Assembly (NCBI GenBank): GCA_964016885.1
Contig: OZ024747.1
Span: 36,146,001-36,210,000 of the forward strand
DNA length: 64,000 nt
Direction of reading: 5' to 3'
DNA from: Eledone cirrhosa
Lineage: Eukaryota
Shown: positions 40,644 to 52,920 of the stretch, in pieces
Layout: each line of letters opens with the position of its first letter
How positions within the stretch are numbered: position 1 is the stretch's first letter
Translations under genes and position numbers: made by a program
Notes under the pieces: model-generated
The model's database searches: none
Told to the model about the DNA's origin: nothing
Seen by the model: the letters and a program-made list of their open reading frames with translations, nothing else

Positions 40644-41514
40644 GATTCAATTCTTTATCAATTTAGAATCTTTTTCTCAAAGGCACATATATATATATAT
40701 ACACTTTTTTTTAAAATATACCCATCTTTCTACCTTATTTCAAAGGTTATTATACATTCTATAATACTTGTTACTCATTCTACATCGCCCTATTTATCAC
40801 TTCCCTTTCTTCTCTTCTTCTTTTAATGTCTAACCCCTAATCTGTACATTTTCTCACTCTTGCCTAACATAGAATCAATTATTACATAATACAATACACT
40901 CTTACTCTATATCACATTGTACAAATCCTTTTTGACGTTAGATTATTCATCCTCAATTCATTATTCTTTTCTCCCTTTCATCTAACTCATTCATGCTCAT
41001 CTCAATATTTCCTTACTTAAATAACCTGTTATTCCTTTTAATAATACATATCAACATTTTCTTAACATCGCACATATTATTAAACCTTAAATATTATTAT
41101 TCTCAATACATATTAACATTTTCTTTTTCATCGCACATATTATCAAACCCCTCAATATACAAACCTTAACTTTACATTATTTTTCTCTTCGTTAATTTTC
41201 AAATTCTTTTAATTTATACATTATCTTCCAACGGTTTTCAACCTCTCTATGTAAAACAATATATCTTTCTCAGTTATAGAAGCTATCTCTCTCTCTCTTT
41301 ATCACCCATCTCTCCTTCTATCTCATCCTTCCTCATTATACTCCTTCCTCTCCACTTTTTACTCTCATCTCCTCCTCTTTTTCATCCTTTCCAACCCCCC
41401 TCTAAATAAAATAATTTCCCAATATCACACATCAATCTAAAACTACTTTTCATATGTTGATTTAAAACTGAACTATCCACAAGTGTTTTTTAACCTTCGT
41501 ATCATGTCTTCCTG

Positions 41515-41581
41515 TTTTATCTGATGAAAACAAAAATATGATTGCATGATGATATTTGTTTTTGAAATGCGCATAATAAAA
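41515..41581 (+). ncRNA. Hammerhead ribozyme at the 3' end of the PLE starting at 39978
   Basis: TTTTAT-CTGATGA-AAACAAA...TTTGTTTT-GAAA-TGCGCA-TA|ATAAAA; palindromic stem III ATGCGCAT. Confidence 0.8.
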
Positions 41582-41613
41582 TACATGGAACTCTTTTAAC
41601 CATCTTTTGTTCT

Positions 41614-41644
<31 letters not shown>

Positions 41645-41645
<1 letters not shown>

Positions 41646-42330
41646 TTCCTTCTTGGAATTTGTTTTGCATGATTTCTGATCTAAAATCTTGTGTTGAAAT
41701 ATATTGTTATACATTGGGAGGGTGATGTGCCAATAAAGACACACGCATCAATGGTTTTCATTTCAATTTGCTTTGATAACCTGAAGGTTGTTTATATATT
41801 GTCAAATCCCTTTCGTCACGCATTCTGTGACCACCTCAGTGATTAGGATTTTATTTTGTGTCTCTCCTTTATTTTGTCCTACACCATCTTGCTTTTGTGT
41901 CTTGTGTGTTCTGCGGTTAGTTTGCGCATGCGTTGAATCCGGGTGTGTGTTTGTGTTTTTATTTTCTTATTTATGTGTTTATTTACTTGTCACTGGTTGG
42001 TTGTTTGTTCTGTCTGTGTGTACTTGACTTGTTTTGTTAGTTTGGTTTTTGTGAGTCTGTATGTCTTCATTTTGTCTTTATTGACTAGTTGTGATGTTGA
42101 TATTCCACTGATGTTGTAGATCAGAACAAATGAGAGATACAAAAGAAAAAACCTAGTCAGCGAGGAGGTCACAGAATGTGTGACAAAAAGATTTGACAAT
42201 AAATAAACTACCATCCGCTTATCGAACCAACCAACGGGAAATGTATAATACATCCATGTAGAAATCAACAGGTGCGTGTGTTTTTATTGGCAGCAACACT
42301 CTCCCAAAGTATAACAATATATAAATATAT
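41645..42330. mobile_element. Old foldback element with decayed HHRs (41801-41843 on minus, 42156-42197 on plus)
   Basis: Diverged inverted arms; their consensus is GTCA-CTGAGGA-gGTCAC..GTGAC-GAAA..TGAC. Outer-arm homologues at 45925-46130 and 59225-59350. Confidence 0.65.
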
Positions 42331-42339
42331 ATAATATAT

Positions 42340-43385
42340 ACAACCCCACCAAACTATCCAGGATTCTACTGCAAAACATAAAAATAATTGTAACTGCACC
42401 AAACCAGGTACGTGCCCACTGAATAACCGGTGCCTAGCACGCAATATTGTCTACCGATGTACAATAAATTCCGGAACCAACAAATGGTATCACGTCGGAT
42501 GTACCGCAACTTCTTTCAAAGCTCGCCTATACCAACATCGATCTTCGATCAGGCACGAGAAAATGCGCTCCGTAACAACCCTCGCCGATAAGGCCTAGCA
42601 GCTCCGGAGGAACAATCAAACATTCTCCCTTGATTGTCAAATTATTGCAGCCGCGCCTGCATATAAGCAAAATCATCGATTCTGCAAATTATGCAATTTG
42701 AAGATATACTGCATTTTAACGTCGGTAAACAAACTTTTGAACAGCAAAATTGAACGTTCACTATACTGTGACCCTCGTTTGAAAACGACTTTTTCTTTTT
42801 TAAATGCATATAATGTTACCTTTTTAAACCACCGTTTGCAAATTCCTGTTTTATATGTTTATACACAGGATATGGCTTTCTATAATAATAGTACTAAACA
42901 CTGTTTTCTGGACCCCTTTAGAAATAACCTGCTACTATAATAGCCCCAATAACTTGTCTGTAACTCTGTACCACTTTGACCCCTTTAACTAAATTTTGTC
43001 CGAACAACACCACTAGAAGAATTTACTTCCCCCGCCAACCCTAACACGCCTCATTAAGCTAACTGCTGCCAAAACATTCTCTCCTTACAATCTCTACTAT
43101 ACTGACAGTCTTAAATCCTAGGACTCCCTCCCCCTTACTCACTTCCCTCTTCCCCTTCTCTTCCTACCTCCTTCTTTCTCTTTTATCTAGTGTATAAAAT
43201 ATTTTCATATCATTCCAATACAAAGGTCTGACGGCATGGTGTGTTTGCTTACAGTGTACCTTCAGTTTATGATAATATTTTTATATTATTCAAATAGCGA
43301 GGTATAGGTAACTCATACACTATAGAAACAATTGTTATCTAATAAATTCTTTATACCCGCATTTCCATTTCATAAACTTCTTCTC
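42340..43385 (+). mobile_element. Penelope-like 3' remnant: GIY-YIG pseudogene plus decayed long-stem-II HHR (43224-43340)
   Basis: CNCTKPGTCPLNNRCLARNIVYRC..WYHVGCTATSFKARLYQH..*..CKLCNLK; HHR-like aggt-CTGACGG-..-GAAA-CAATTG-TT|atct-AATAAA. Confidence 0.8.
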
Positions 43386-43386
43386 C

Positions 43387-43451
<65 letters not shown>

Positions 43452-43492
43452 TAAAAATATTACTAAAATAGATGTTCTTTTGATCAATTAAA

Positions 43493-43543
43493 TTTTATTA
43501 TACATATTTCAGAGGTACAACAGTACAACCTCATCAGACAAAA
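43493..43543 (-). ncRNA. Hammerhead ribozyme (mirror at ~45711-45762 has CTGATGA>TTGATGA)
   Basis: TTTTGT-CTGATGA-ggttGTAC tgtt GTACctct-GAAA-tatgt-ATA|ATAAAA. Confidence 0.7.
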
Positions 43544-44249
43544 TATAATGATACATGACATACCCTGAGATGTTAAATGGTTAAGATTTAATCAAGGTAG
43601 TGATTAACCTATGAGAATACTCAACATATATACCCTAATAATGAGAAAATGTGAAAACGTAATAAATTCAATATAGGATGCATGAGTAAGAAAAACGTTG
43701 TTTAATTTGACAGCTATAGAGATATTAAAATGTGGGATACTACAAGTTATGGTTATCTAGGAAAACGTCTCTTGAATTATAACTGTTTATGGAGGCAACT
43801 GATAGAAGATTTAAAGAGAGGGAGAGATAAAGGGGAGTAATATATGCAGAAACATTTTTTTTTCCCTTAAAGACTAAACGGTTAAGTTTCAAAATATTTA
43901 ATTTATGTTATTTTAAGGGTGAGAGAATCAAAATGTTAAGTTTGTTAAAAGTTGATGGTTATTTATATTTATTAATTTTATAAATTCTATAAATGTGTTA
44001 ACATTTCTAAAATTCTGAATTTTATGAGGAGAAAATTTAAAGGATGGCCAGCGAAAGGAAAATTTACACTGTTGAATATTTTTTTCATAAATGTAATCTT
44101 TAACGAAAATTACCTATAAAAATGTCAACATTTTCGGTATGAAAAGCTTATGAAGTACTTATTGTTAGAAATATCTAAAAATTAATCGTCAAGTAGTTAG
44201 TGTAATGATTACCGCAGAGTTTTCAGCCACTTATATATATATATATATA

Positions 44250-44914
44250 TATTGATAATTTAATATATCAACTAACATAAGCGCACAGATGCACGCCCAT
44301 GCTAGCAAATACACAGGTTTTTTTTTTTTTTTTAAATATTTTCTTATTTTACGTCTTTTATATTATTGTTCTGTATTCTCCTGCATTGAACCACCTAGGT
44401 ACTATGACATAACCTGTGTATTTGCTAGCATGGGCGTGCATCTGTGCGCTTATGTTAGTTGATATATTAAATTATCAATATTTATCTCCAAATCACTGAT
44501 TTGTCGAGCAAACTTGCCAAAACCACTTCTAAAAAAACTTTTTTTTGGGGTGTTAGTAGGCGTCAGTCATCTTACCATCCCATTCCTTCTAACTAGCCTC
44601 TGTGTCACGTGATTGATTCTTTAGAATCGGCCATTTGACTTGAAGCAGTGAGAATTTCGGTACATAGAATCCAGTCCTCGCAAGCTGTTCGATCTACCGA
44701 ATTATTATTATTTTTATATGAGCCGCCAGTGTCCGCGCATTGCCTGGAGACTTAACTGAGAATAGACTCCCTGATGACGCAATGAATTCTCGACAGTTGG
44801 ATTACGTAACTGTCTTTATCCCATTGCAGAAACTAATTAGTTGGAGTGAAAATTTAAGTAAGTAAAAAATTTTAAAAAAAAATTTTTTTTTTTTAAATAT
44901 TTTCTTATTTTACG

Positions 44915-44921
<7 letters not shown>
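44250..44921 (+). mobile_element. Nested HHR element with an inverted 5' piece and a ~40-bp terminal direct repeat
   Basis: 44250-44320 mirrors 44411-44480; TnAAATATTTTCTTATTTTACGTCTTTTATA occurs at ~44325-44361 and ~44885-44922; sits between (TA)n tracts. Confidence 0.75.
44766..44847 (+). ncRNA. Hammerhead ribozyme with extended stem II
   Basis: ACTCC-CTGATGA-cGCAATG..GACAGTT..AACTGTC..CATTGCa-GAAA-CTAATTAG-TT|GGAGT. Confidence 0.85.
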
Positions 44922-44996
<75 letters not shown>

Positions 44997-46133
44997 ATGT
45001 GGGTGGAATTATAGTAATACATTAATATTTGTTATATTATATTAAATCTCTATATATAAGTTCACCCATCACGAGAGGAATAAACTCTAAATAATAAATA
45101 TGCTATTCTACAATTATCTATATTTGCACAAACTATATATTTGCACAAACTATATATAGCGTTAAACCAAAACGGTAACTATGTTATTATACACTATAGA
45201 TATATATGCAAAAAAACAAACGCTGAGATATACGTAACTAGTAAGATGATTATGTTATTATACAGATACACTTATTTGCAAAAATAAAAATTAGGTATAG
45301 AGAGATATATTAAGTATACTTTTGGTGAATGATAACGAATATAAAATAATAGATTCAAACATGCTAAAGGTAAATACATACATATATATAAAAGAGTGTA
45401 AAGGCATGTATTATTCACAGTTCAAAATAAATAATCTAAATATTTAAAAATTACCTAAAAATTAGGTATATAGAGATATACTATGTATTAGTGAGACAGT
45501 ATACATTTGATAAATGATGACGATTATAATCTTATAAAATATATTTCAACATGCTAAAATTAAATATATAAATTATTAGGGTATAAATGCTCAGTTAAAT
45601 ATATACATTAATAGGGTATACATTTTCAGTTTTCTCTTAGGTTGATTAAACACTACCTTGATTAAATATTAACCATTTAACATCTCAGGGTATGTCATGT
45701 ATCATTATATTTTGTTTGATGAGGACGTACTGTTATACCTCTGCTGAAATATGTATAATAACATTTAATTGATCAAAAGAACATCTATTTATTAATATTT
45801 GTATTTTAATATTAATAACTCTGGAAAATTAATTTTTACTGTAGAGTGCTTCCAATCTACTGTAAAACTCAATCTTTGATGTACTCATTGAATCTTGTTT
45901 AACTCTTTAATATGTATATATATATTTCGTTTCTAAATTTGTGTAGCAAGATTCTTTATCTGAAAACGTGTGTTGAAACCGATATGTTTATGCTTTGGGA
46001 GGGTCATGTTGCCAATAAGAAACACACGCACCGGATTTTTTCTCTTCAATTTATTATAAATTAAATTTATAAATTTCCGGTTGGTTGTTTCTTATTGGCA
46101 ACATGACCCTCCCAAACATAACAATATATATAT

Positions 46134-46326
46134 AACGAATGAGGTGTGGTAAGGAACAAGATGGACCATAACGCACCAGAGTACTCAATACTTAGGGTAG
46201 TAGAGTGGGTAATAGGATAAAGTGTAACCCCGACTGCTAAGCTCAAGCCGTTTCGACGGCTATTTGAGTCCAGAAATAGCCGTCGAAACGTCTTGAGCTC
46301 TGCCGTCGTGGTTAAACATTTTTTCT
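46134..46326. repeat. (TA)n-inserted hairpin element, copy 4
   Basis: Homologous to 28490-28683. Confidence 0.8.
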
Positions 46327-47268
46327 ATATATATATAAGTAATAACCATCTAATACAAGTACCTCAATGTGCCTTCATATCATATGTACTTTATTAATGT
46401 CGTTTTAGACATTGAGCCTTATCTTTAGGCGAAACAGATCACTCCTAGAATAGAGATTACGCAGTATAACATAAAAAGATGAAGTCTTTCATTCCACAGA
46501 CAATACAGTCCAGGGTTGTTTTAATCATGTATCTGCTTATACATCTAATATCACTCCGGGTACATGTTCTTATCTTTTATGTTTGGCCAATAATTGAAAT
46601 GAGAACACAAAAAGATGAGTAAGTGAATATATACATATATGTATGCACGTATATGTATATATATATGTGTGTATGTGTATATGTGTGTGTGAGTGTGTGT
46701 GTGTATGTGTGCGTGTGTGTGTGTGTGAGTGTGTATGTGTATTGGAACTTGGACCTTTCGAAGGTGTACAAACGACTGAAAGTTAGAAAATGTCCGTTAT
46801 ATTTATAGATTTTACCATTACATACGGCAATTAACATCATCTGCCTTCATATGTATTCCCAATTCAGGGACAACTTCCTTTCAAAGTGTTTTCCAACTAT
46901 GCGCCGTTTTGGCAGTATTACATTACTGACAAGCACACAATGACAGTTTTAGTAGTATATAGATAGATATATACGCTGTACGGAATGCATCGAATTTACT
47001 TCTATTTTGTTTTAATATTATAGAATATATTTTATAATGCTGCTTCTACAGTTTTTAGCTACATTCAGTTTCGTCTTTCTTTTTATTGCTTAAGCGTAAT
47101 TTGCTAAATAGTTTCATGACAAATCAATTTGCTTCAACACGACTATATCTATTTTAGTGTAAGTTAAATCAAATATACTGAGAGAAATCTCTTTGGCATG
47201 CACAGGTTTATATTCAAGAAAGAGACAGGGTACAAGAAACATGATTGAATAACATTATTTATACGATC

Positions 47269-47566
47269 TGGCGGTGGATTGGCAGTATCGTTAGAGAGTC
47301 GGACGCCATGCTTTCTAGCATAGAGTTACGCCCCTTTATACTCTGAGTTCAAATCCCGCCTAGGTTAACTTTGCCTTTCATCCTTATGGTGTCGATAAAA
47401 TAAAGTACCAGTAATGCACTGGTAATTGCTGGCCTTGTACCAAAAGTAGAAACAATTATTTATACGATCTGACTTTGCCTTTCATCCTTACGGGGTCGAT
47501 AAAATTAAGTACCAGTAATGCACTGGGTAATTGCTGGCCTTGTGCCAAAAAGTTGAAACAATTATT
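47269..47566 (+). mobile_element. Nin-domain SINE with a tandemly duplicated 3' half
   Basis: Full copy at 47269-47460, then CTTTGCCTTTCATCC...GAAACAATTATT again at 47473-47566; ATTATTTATACGATCTG precedes both parts. Confidence 0.85.
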
Positions 47567-48214
47567 TTTACTACCAATCACGAAATGTATTGCCTTGATT
47601 TGCACGCTACTCATATAAGAAACATTATATGATTACGCAAGCAGCGATACATAGGCATTCCGTCTGTTAAAGAAACATATGTCAATACCTAATAAATTCC
47701 TTTATAAAAGCACTTTCATTTTTATTCATCTTTTCTACATTTTCTCCGGAATATAATTTATACTCGTTCAGCAAACCTACACGTACGCTGTTCATCTCTA
47801 ACGTGACGATATATTATCACTACATTATTGAAAACTTGAAATGTATATATATATGTATATATATATATATATTTATATACATGCATGCACACATATATAG
47901 ACTCGTACGCATACACACACACGCGTAAATATATACAAGCACACATGCACACAATTACTGAGGTATACATGCATATGTAAACCACGTTCAGTGTCCAAAA
48001 GCGTATAGGTAAAGACGGCAACAAGATATATACAAGTCCTTTAGTACTTAAAACCTTATACCATATATTAGTCGTAGGATATCTTCTCTATCTTCCTCTG
48101 TAGAAATGTTTAATGAAGCAGCACTTATTATAATAAGGCCTTAAAAATAGTGTATTCAGCGAACAAATGAAATATATATCTATTCCTTCTAATACTACTA
48201 AACATAATGATAGA

Positions 48215-49135
48215 AAAATAAAAATAAAATATGTTTACTCCATCTTTTTTTTTAACAGTTAAAACTAATTTAGCCAGAACATTCCTGGAACTTGTAGACA
48301 AACATTTCCCCCAACAACACAGATACAATAAAATCTTTAATAGAAATTTAGTTAAGATTAGCTATTCTTGCTGTCCATCTATGAAATTCAAAATCACCAA
48401 CACGAATATCTACAAAGGAAATCCAGGATGTTCTTGCAGTAATGCAGAAGAATGTCCTTTGCAGGGCAAATTTAACACCAAATCGATCGTATATGTGGCT
48501 AAAGTAACACCTGTTAGCACTATACAATCAGACATAAGTGAGGATTTTTTACTATCTAATTTTATATTTTTAAAATTTATTTAGTATCTTCTAATCTCAA
48601 TTTATTAACCTATTCTATAGCATTGACTGAAAACGCAATAACAACTAGATATAGCAGCTGTTTTAGACTCTAGATTTTTAAAATTATTTCTTACTATCCA
48701 ATTTTATAATTTTATACTTTTTTATTTATTTATTATCTTCTCTTCTAATCTCATTTTATTAACCTATTCTCTAACGTCCCTTCTCTATTTTCTCCAGAAT
48801 CCTTTTTCGCCTGCTTACTATCTAACTTATTGTCATACACACTTCTTAGAATTTGCTGTATAGAATTCACTTTCAACGCTTGACCGGCTCCACCACACCT
48901 TCATTGTTCTACAGGCAAGTTCAGCCATCCTCAACTCCCACCCACTGCCATGAAAGATTGAATGATGTTTACATGAAATGATGACCAATCCTTTTGACAG
49001 CTACAATCTTTCCATATAAGGAATTACCCTTAGAAAAGTTCGGCTATTTATTTACCACGCTAAAATTTCTAATTAAGTCCAGAAATAGCCATCTTAACGG
49101 CTTGAGCTCTGCCGTCGGGGTTAAACTTTTTCTTA
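48215..49135 (+). mobile_element. Penelope-like fragment (RT thumb, linker and endonuclease start) with pyrimidine-rich tail
   Basis: FTPSF..VKTNLARTFLELVDKHFP..YNKIFNRNLVKISYSC..CSCSNAEECPLQGK..SIVYVAKV. Confidence 0.8.
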
Positions 49136-49402
49136 CATATATATAATTATATATATATTTATTAAAATAACAGATTAAAGTTTAAGCAAAGAATCGCTGC
49201 TTTCACCCTTAACGGGATCTTCTGAAGGTTGAGATACAATTTGGCGATATTTGGCTGCGCTTTCTAGCAACAAGCCTACCCGCCGTAAGCAACCAATCAC
49301 ATTCTTTCTAACTTGACCACTGCCAAATTGCGGTTCTTAGCCATTTTTGAATCTAATTTTGGCGCGATCACTTTGGAAAACTAAGTGTCTAATTTTGAGT
49401 TT

Positions 49403-49480
49403 GTCTCCTGATGAATCCGAACTCTGGGCATTTCATATTAATTGGATGTCTAAAAATACGGATGAAACCATGGTAGAGAT
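49403..49480 (+). ncRNA. Hammerhead ribozyme with extended stem II
   Basis: GTCTC-CTGATGA-ATCCG...CGGAT-GAAA-CCATGG-TA|GAGAT; palindromic stem III ACCATGGT. Confidence 0.85.
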
Positions 49481-49856
49481 ATAATTACGGTATGTACACA
49501 TTTCTTCTAAGTTTGAATTTACACCTAATTGTGTATAGTTGATGGTATATTTAGTCAGTTTCTACATGCTGTCGAAATGTTGGATAAATACTCTATTGGG
49601 GCCACCGCGAAGAGGCCACTTTCGGTTATTTGTCGGAGATTTCTTCATAAGAGCCTTTATTCTTATAGCTTGGTCTAATTGATTGTTATATGGTTAATTA
49701 TGCTGATTGGGAGAGGAAATGGTATATATTTTATCTAATAATTCTAAAGACATGATTTATGATATATAGCTCTGATTATTTAATTTATTAATTCTTCATA
49801 GAGCCACAAAGTGACCGGTTGCAACATATATATCTATAAATTTATGCATATGTAAA

Positions 49857-49949
<93 letters not shown>

Positions 49950-49950
<1 letters not shown>

Positions 49951-52000
49951 GGAAAAATTTGAACAGGGACAAAACAGAGAAGCAGTACAATAAATGTGTA
50001 TTAATTTCACGCTCAGGAGAGTGGGAGGTAGGTGGGGGACGACGTTTCGGGCATAAGCCCTTCCTCAGGTGAGAAGTGTGTGGGGACAGAGTTCAAAAGG
50101 TGTGTAGGGGAGTGTTGGAGAGACATATAGCGAAAGGAAACGGTGCGAATGAAAAAATAACAAATAAAGATAAAAAATAAAAATAAAGCATGATCAAAAT
50201 ACAAGGAATGAGAAAATTTAAAAATAAAGGCATGATCAAAATAAACTGAAATTAAAAGGGGGGTAAACAGGTGGTGGAAGGGTGTGGGGTGAGTAGGGGT
50301 GGTGGCGGGTGGAGTGGGGAGAGGGAGACGGGGTGTCCGAGCGGGGAGGGCTGAAGGTGGTGTGTGTGTGTAGGTGTGCGTGTGTGTGTGTATGTGGAAG
50401 TAAGGGTCGGGGGAAGAACGGGGTTGCATGTTCAGGAAGAGGTGTGTGTGGGGGGTGTTTTTGTGGGTCGGAGTGTCTGTGCGTGTGTGGATAGGAGGGT
50501 GGGGGGAGAGGAATCAGGAGGCTGAGGGTGTAAATATGTGGTGGGAAGCACGTGTGTGTGGGGTTTAAGCGTGTTGTGGGTGTGGGTGGCGTGTGGAGAA
50601 AAAATGTTTTTTGGGGTGTGTGTGTGGGTGAGTTATATAGGTGATTACGTAAGAGGATGGTTGAAAAGTTGGTAAGTTCCAAGGATGTTTAGTGGATTGG
50701 TTGTAAGTCAATTTCTGCGTGTGGGTAATCCATAAAGCGGTGTTCGGAAGAGGAGAGATGTGGGGTGCGCGCGCAACAGGAAGTGGTCAGCAGTGGGAGT
50801 GCTGTGGTCTGTTAGTGCTGGGAGGTGGTCAGAGGGCATAGCTGCAGTCGGTGGAATGGTAAGGGGCGAGGATGGGTAGGTGTGAAAGTTGGAGTGAGGA
50901 GGGTGTGTGTGTGTGTGTGTATTAGTAGGGGTGTTAGTGGGATGAGTGAGTGTGGAGCGAGGGTGTGGGTGGAGCGGGGAGAGAAAGGTGTATGTGGTTC
51001 TATGGAGGGAGTGTGGTGTACTGGTGTGTGTGTAGTTTGATGAAGAGGTGTTAGTGGGTGTGAGTGGGGGTTAGTGGTGGTAGGGTGTGTAGAGTTGGTG
51101 GTGTACGAGGGTGGGTACGTGTGCGTGGGGTTCGGGGGTGTTAGTGATGTTAGTTGCATGTGGGGTGGGTGGTGTAAGTGGGTGCGTGTGTTCGTGTGCT
51201 TGGGGTTAGGGGGTGTTAGTGAGGTTAGTTGCGGGGTGGTGGGATGGAGGTGTGGAGGTGAGAGGTGTGGGGGTGAGGGTTAGTGGTGGTAGTAGGGTGT
51301 GTGTTTAGTGTGAGCGCGTGTATATATGTGCCGGTAGGTGTGTGCGTGTGATAAGGAGGGGGGAGAAGGGGGAGGGAAGGGATGTTAGTATGTTAGTTGG
51401 GGAAAGGTGGTCAGATGAGGGGTGGAGTGGAGGTGTTAGTATTGTTAGTGTGGGGTGGGCGGTGAAAAGGAGGGGTGTGTTAGTGGTGTTAGTGGGGGAT
51501 AAGTGTGTGTGTGTGTGTGGGGGGGGTCGAACGCTAAAGGAATAAGGGTGGGGAGTTCAGGCCGGGGGGAGTGTGGGTCTGTAAGATGAAGATAGTTCGT
51601 TGTTCGACCGTAAGGCGATGGGCGGGTGTTCCGTGGCACTGGAGTAGGCCACAGACTGTGAGATGGCGTGCGGAGTGTCCAGGGCCACCAAAGTGGCGGG
51701 CGATGGGGGAACTGCCCCCGAGACGAATATCCCGGTGGTGCTCCGTGACTCGGTCCGCCAGGCGACGTCCCGTCTGTCCGACATAAGTCCGTAGACTAGG
51801 TTGGAGGAGGTGCAGCAGAAGGCATGCCGGACCGAGAGAGAGTGGCCGTTGGGACCCTGGAAGGTGGTGGTGTTGGTGATGTGGGGACAGGTGTTGCAGC
51901 GGGGCCTAGAACAGGGAAGGGAACCGGGGGGTGGGGGGGCAGAGCGTGGGTTGGGGGGTAGGGAGCTGTGGACGAGGAGGGTGCGGAGATTGCGTGCGCG
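49950..52000 (-). mobile_element. 5'-truncated Penelope-like element (Neptune-like Zn-finger linker plus GIY-YIG) with a CA-rich 3' UTR and an HHR at ~50039-50070
   Basis: Manual translation of 51555-51995: RARNLRTLLVHS..PCSRPRCNTCPHI..FCCTSSNLVYGL / TYVGQTGRRLADRVTEH..PIARHF..RLTVEQRTIFILQTHTP; HHR CTGAGGA-aGGGC ttat GCCC-GAAACGTC. Confidence 0.85.
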
Positions 52001-52029
52001 TTATATATATATATATATATATATATACA

Positions 52030-52920
52030 TGGAAAGTTATATTTAAATTGTTGGGTTAACAACGAGTAAATATTTATAACTGATATAAAAGCACTCAACA
52101 AGTATTTGGAGTATATTTATGATATTAAATAAATGGAAACTATATTTATAAAACCATATTTATTTCGTTATATATATTTCAGGGATATCATATTAACAAT
52201 ATGTTATGCCTTCTTCAGACAAAATACAATATAAACAGTCTTATAAATAAATAGATACGACATACCTTTCAATCACCTTGCATTTGGGAGGTTGATTTGG
52301 CAGTAAAAAATATTGTGGACATATATATATATATATGCGTGTGTGTGTGTGTGTGTGTGCGTGTGTGTGTGTGTGTGTGTACATGTATGTGTTTGCACGC
52401 ATATATATGTGCATGTGGGTGCGTATATATTTATGTGTATGTATGTGCATATATTTATATGTATATTTCTATTTCTCAATATCTTCTTTGTATCTACATG
52501 CGAATATGTTTTATTTTATATTTAAAATTTTAATATTTTACTTTTTAAACTGATGCCTGTCTTGTTGTATATACTTGGTTACTTCACCGTCCAGTTTTGC
52601 ATATTTTTTATTTACTTTTTATATCAGCTTTCTTTATAATTTTCCTTTTTTTATTTTCATTTTAACTTAACTCTTATTTTTTTAGTTTTTATTTATATCT
52701 ACCTCCGTATCCATTTTTATGTATATGCCTCTGATGGCTTTCAGACATATTGCTTTATTTATGTATATGAACGTCTGTACGTATGTATGTTAGACTTATT
52801 TATTCATATAATTGAGCCTATGTGTGAATATATATTTTATACGTATATATGTATACAATGAAAATAAATCAATGGAAACTACATTTATAAAACCACATTT
52901 ATTCTATTATATATATTTCA
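52030..52920 (-). mobile_element. Non-coding HHR element with a ~50-bp terminal direct repeat (period ~739 bp)
   Basis: ATGGAAACTAYATTTATAAAACCAYATTTATT...TATATATATTTCA at ~52132-52181 and 52871-52920. Confidence 0.7.
52162..52225 (-). ncRNA. Hammerhead ribozyme
   Basis: ATTTTGT-CTGAAGA-AGGcataacatat..atatgatatcCCT-GAAA-TATATA-TA|ACGAAAT-AAA. Confidence 0.8.

Larger units (their letters stand above)
43446..45910. mobile_element. Long member of the 9387 family with ~160-bp terminal inverted arms; contains a nested insertion
   Basis: 43446-43610 is the reverse complement of ~45645-45812; the tail is the same as 9660-9756. Confidence 0.8.

Noticed and set aside
49185-49232. HHR-like motif on the minus strand (CAGAAGA-tCCC..GGGt-GAAA)
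   Set aside because: The core is mutated and there is no convincing stem I or NUH; too decayed to count.
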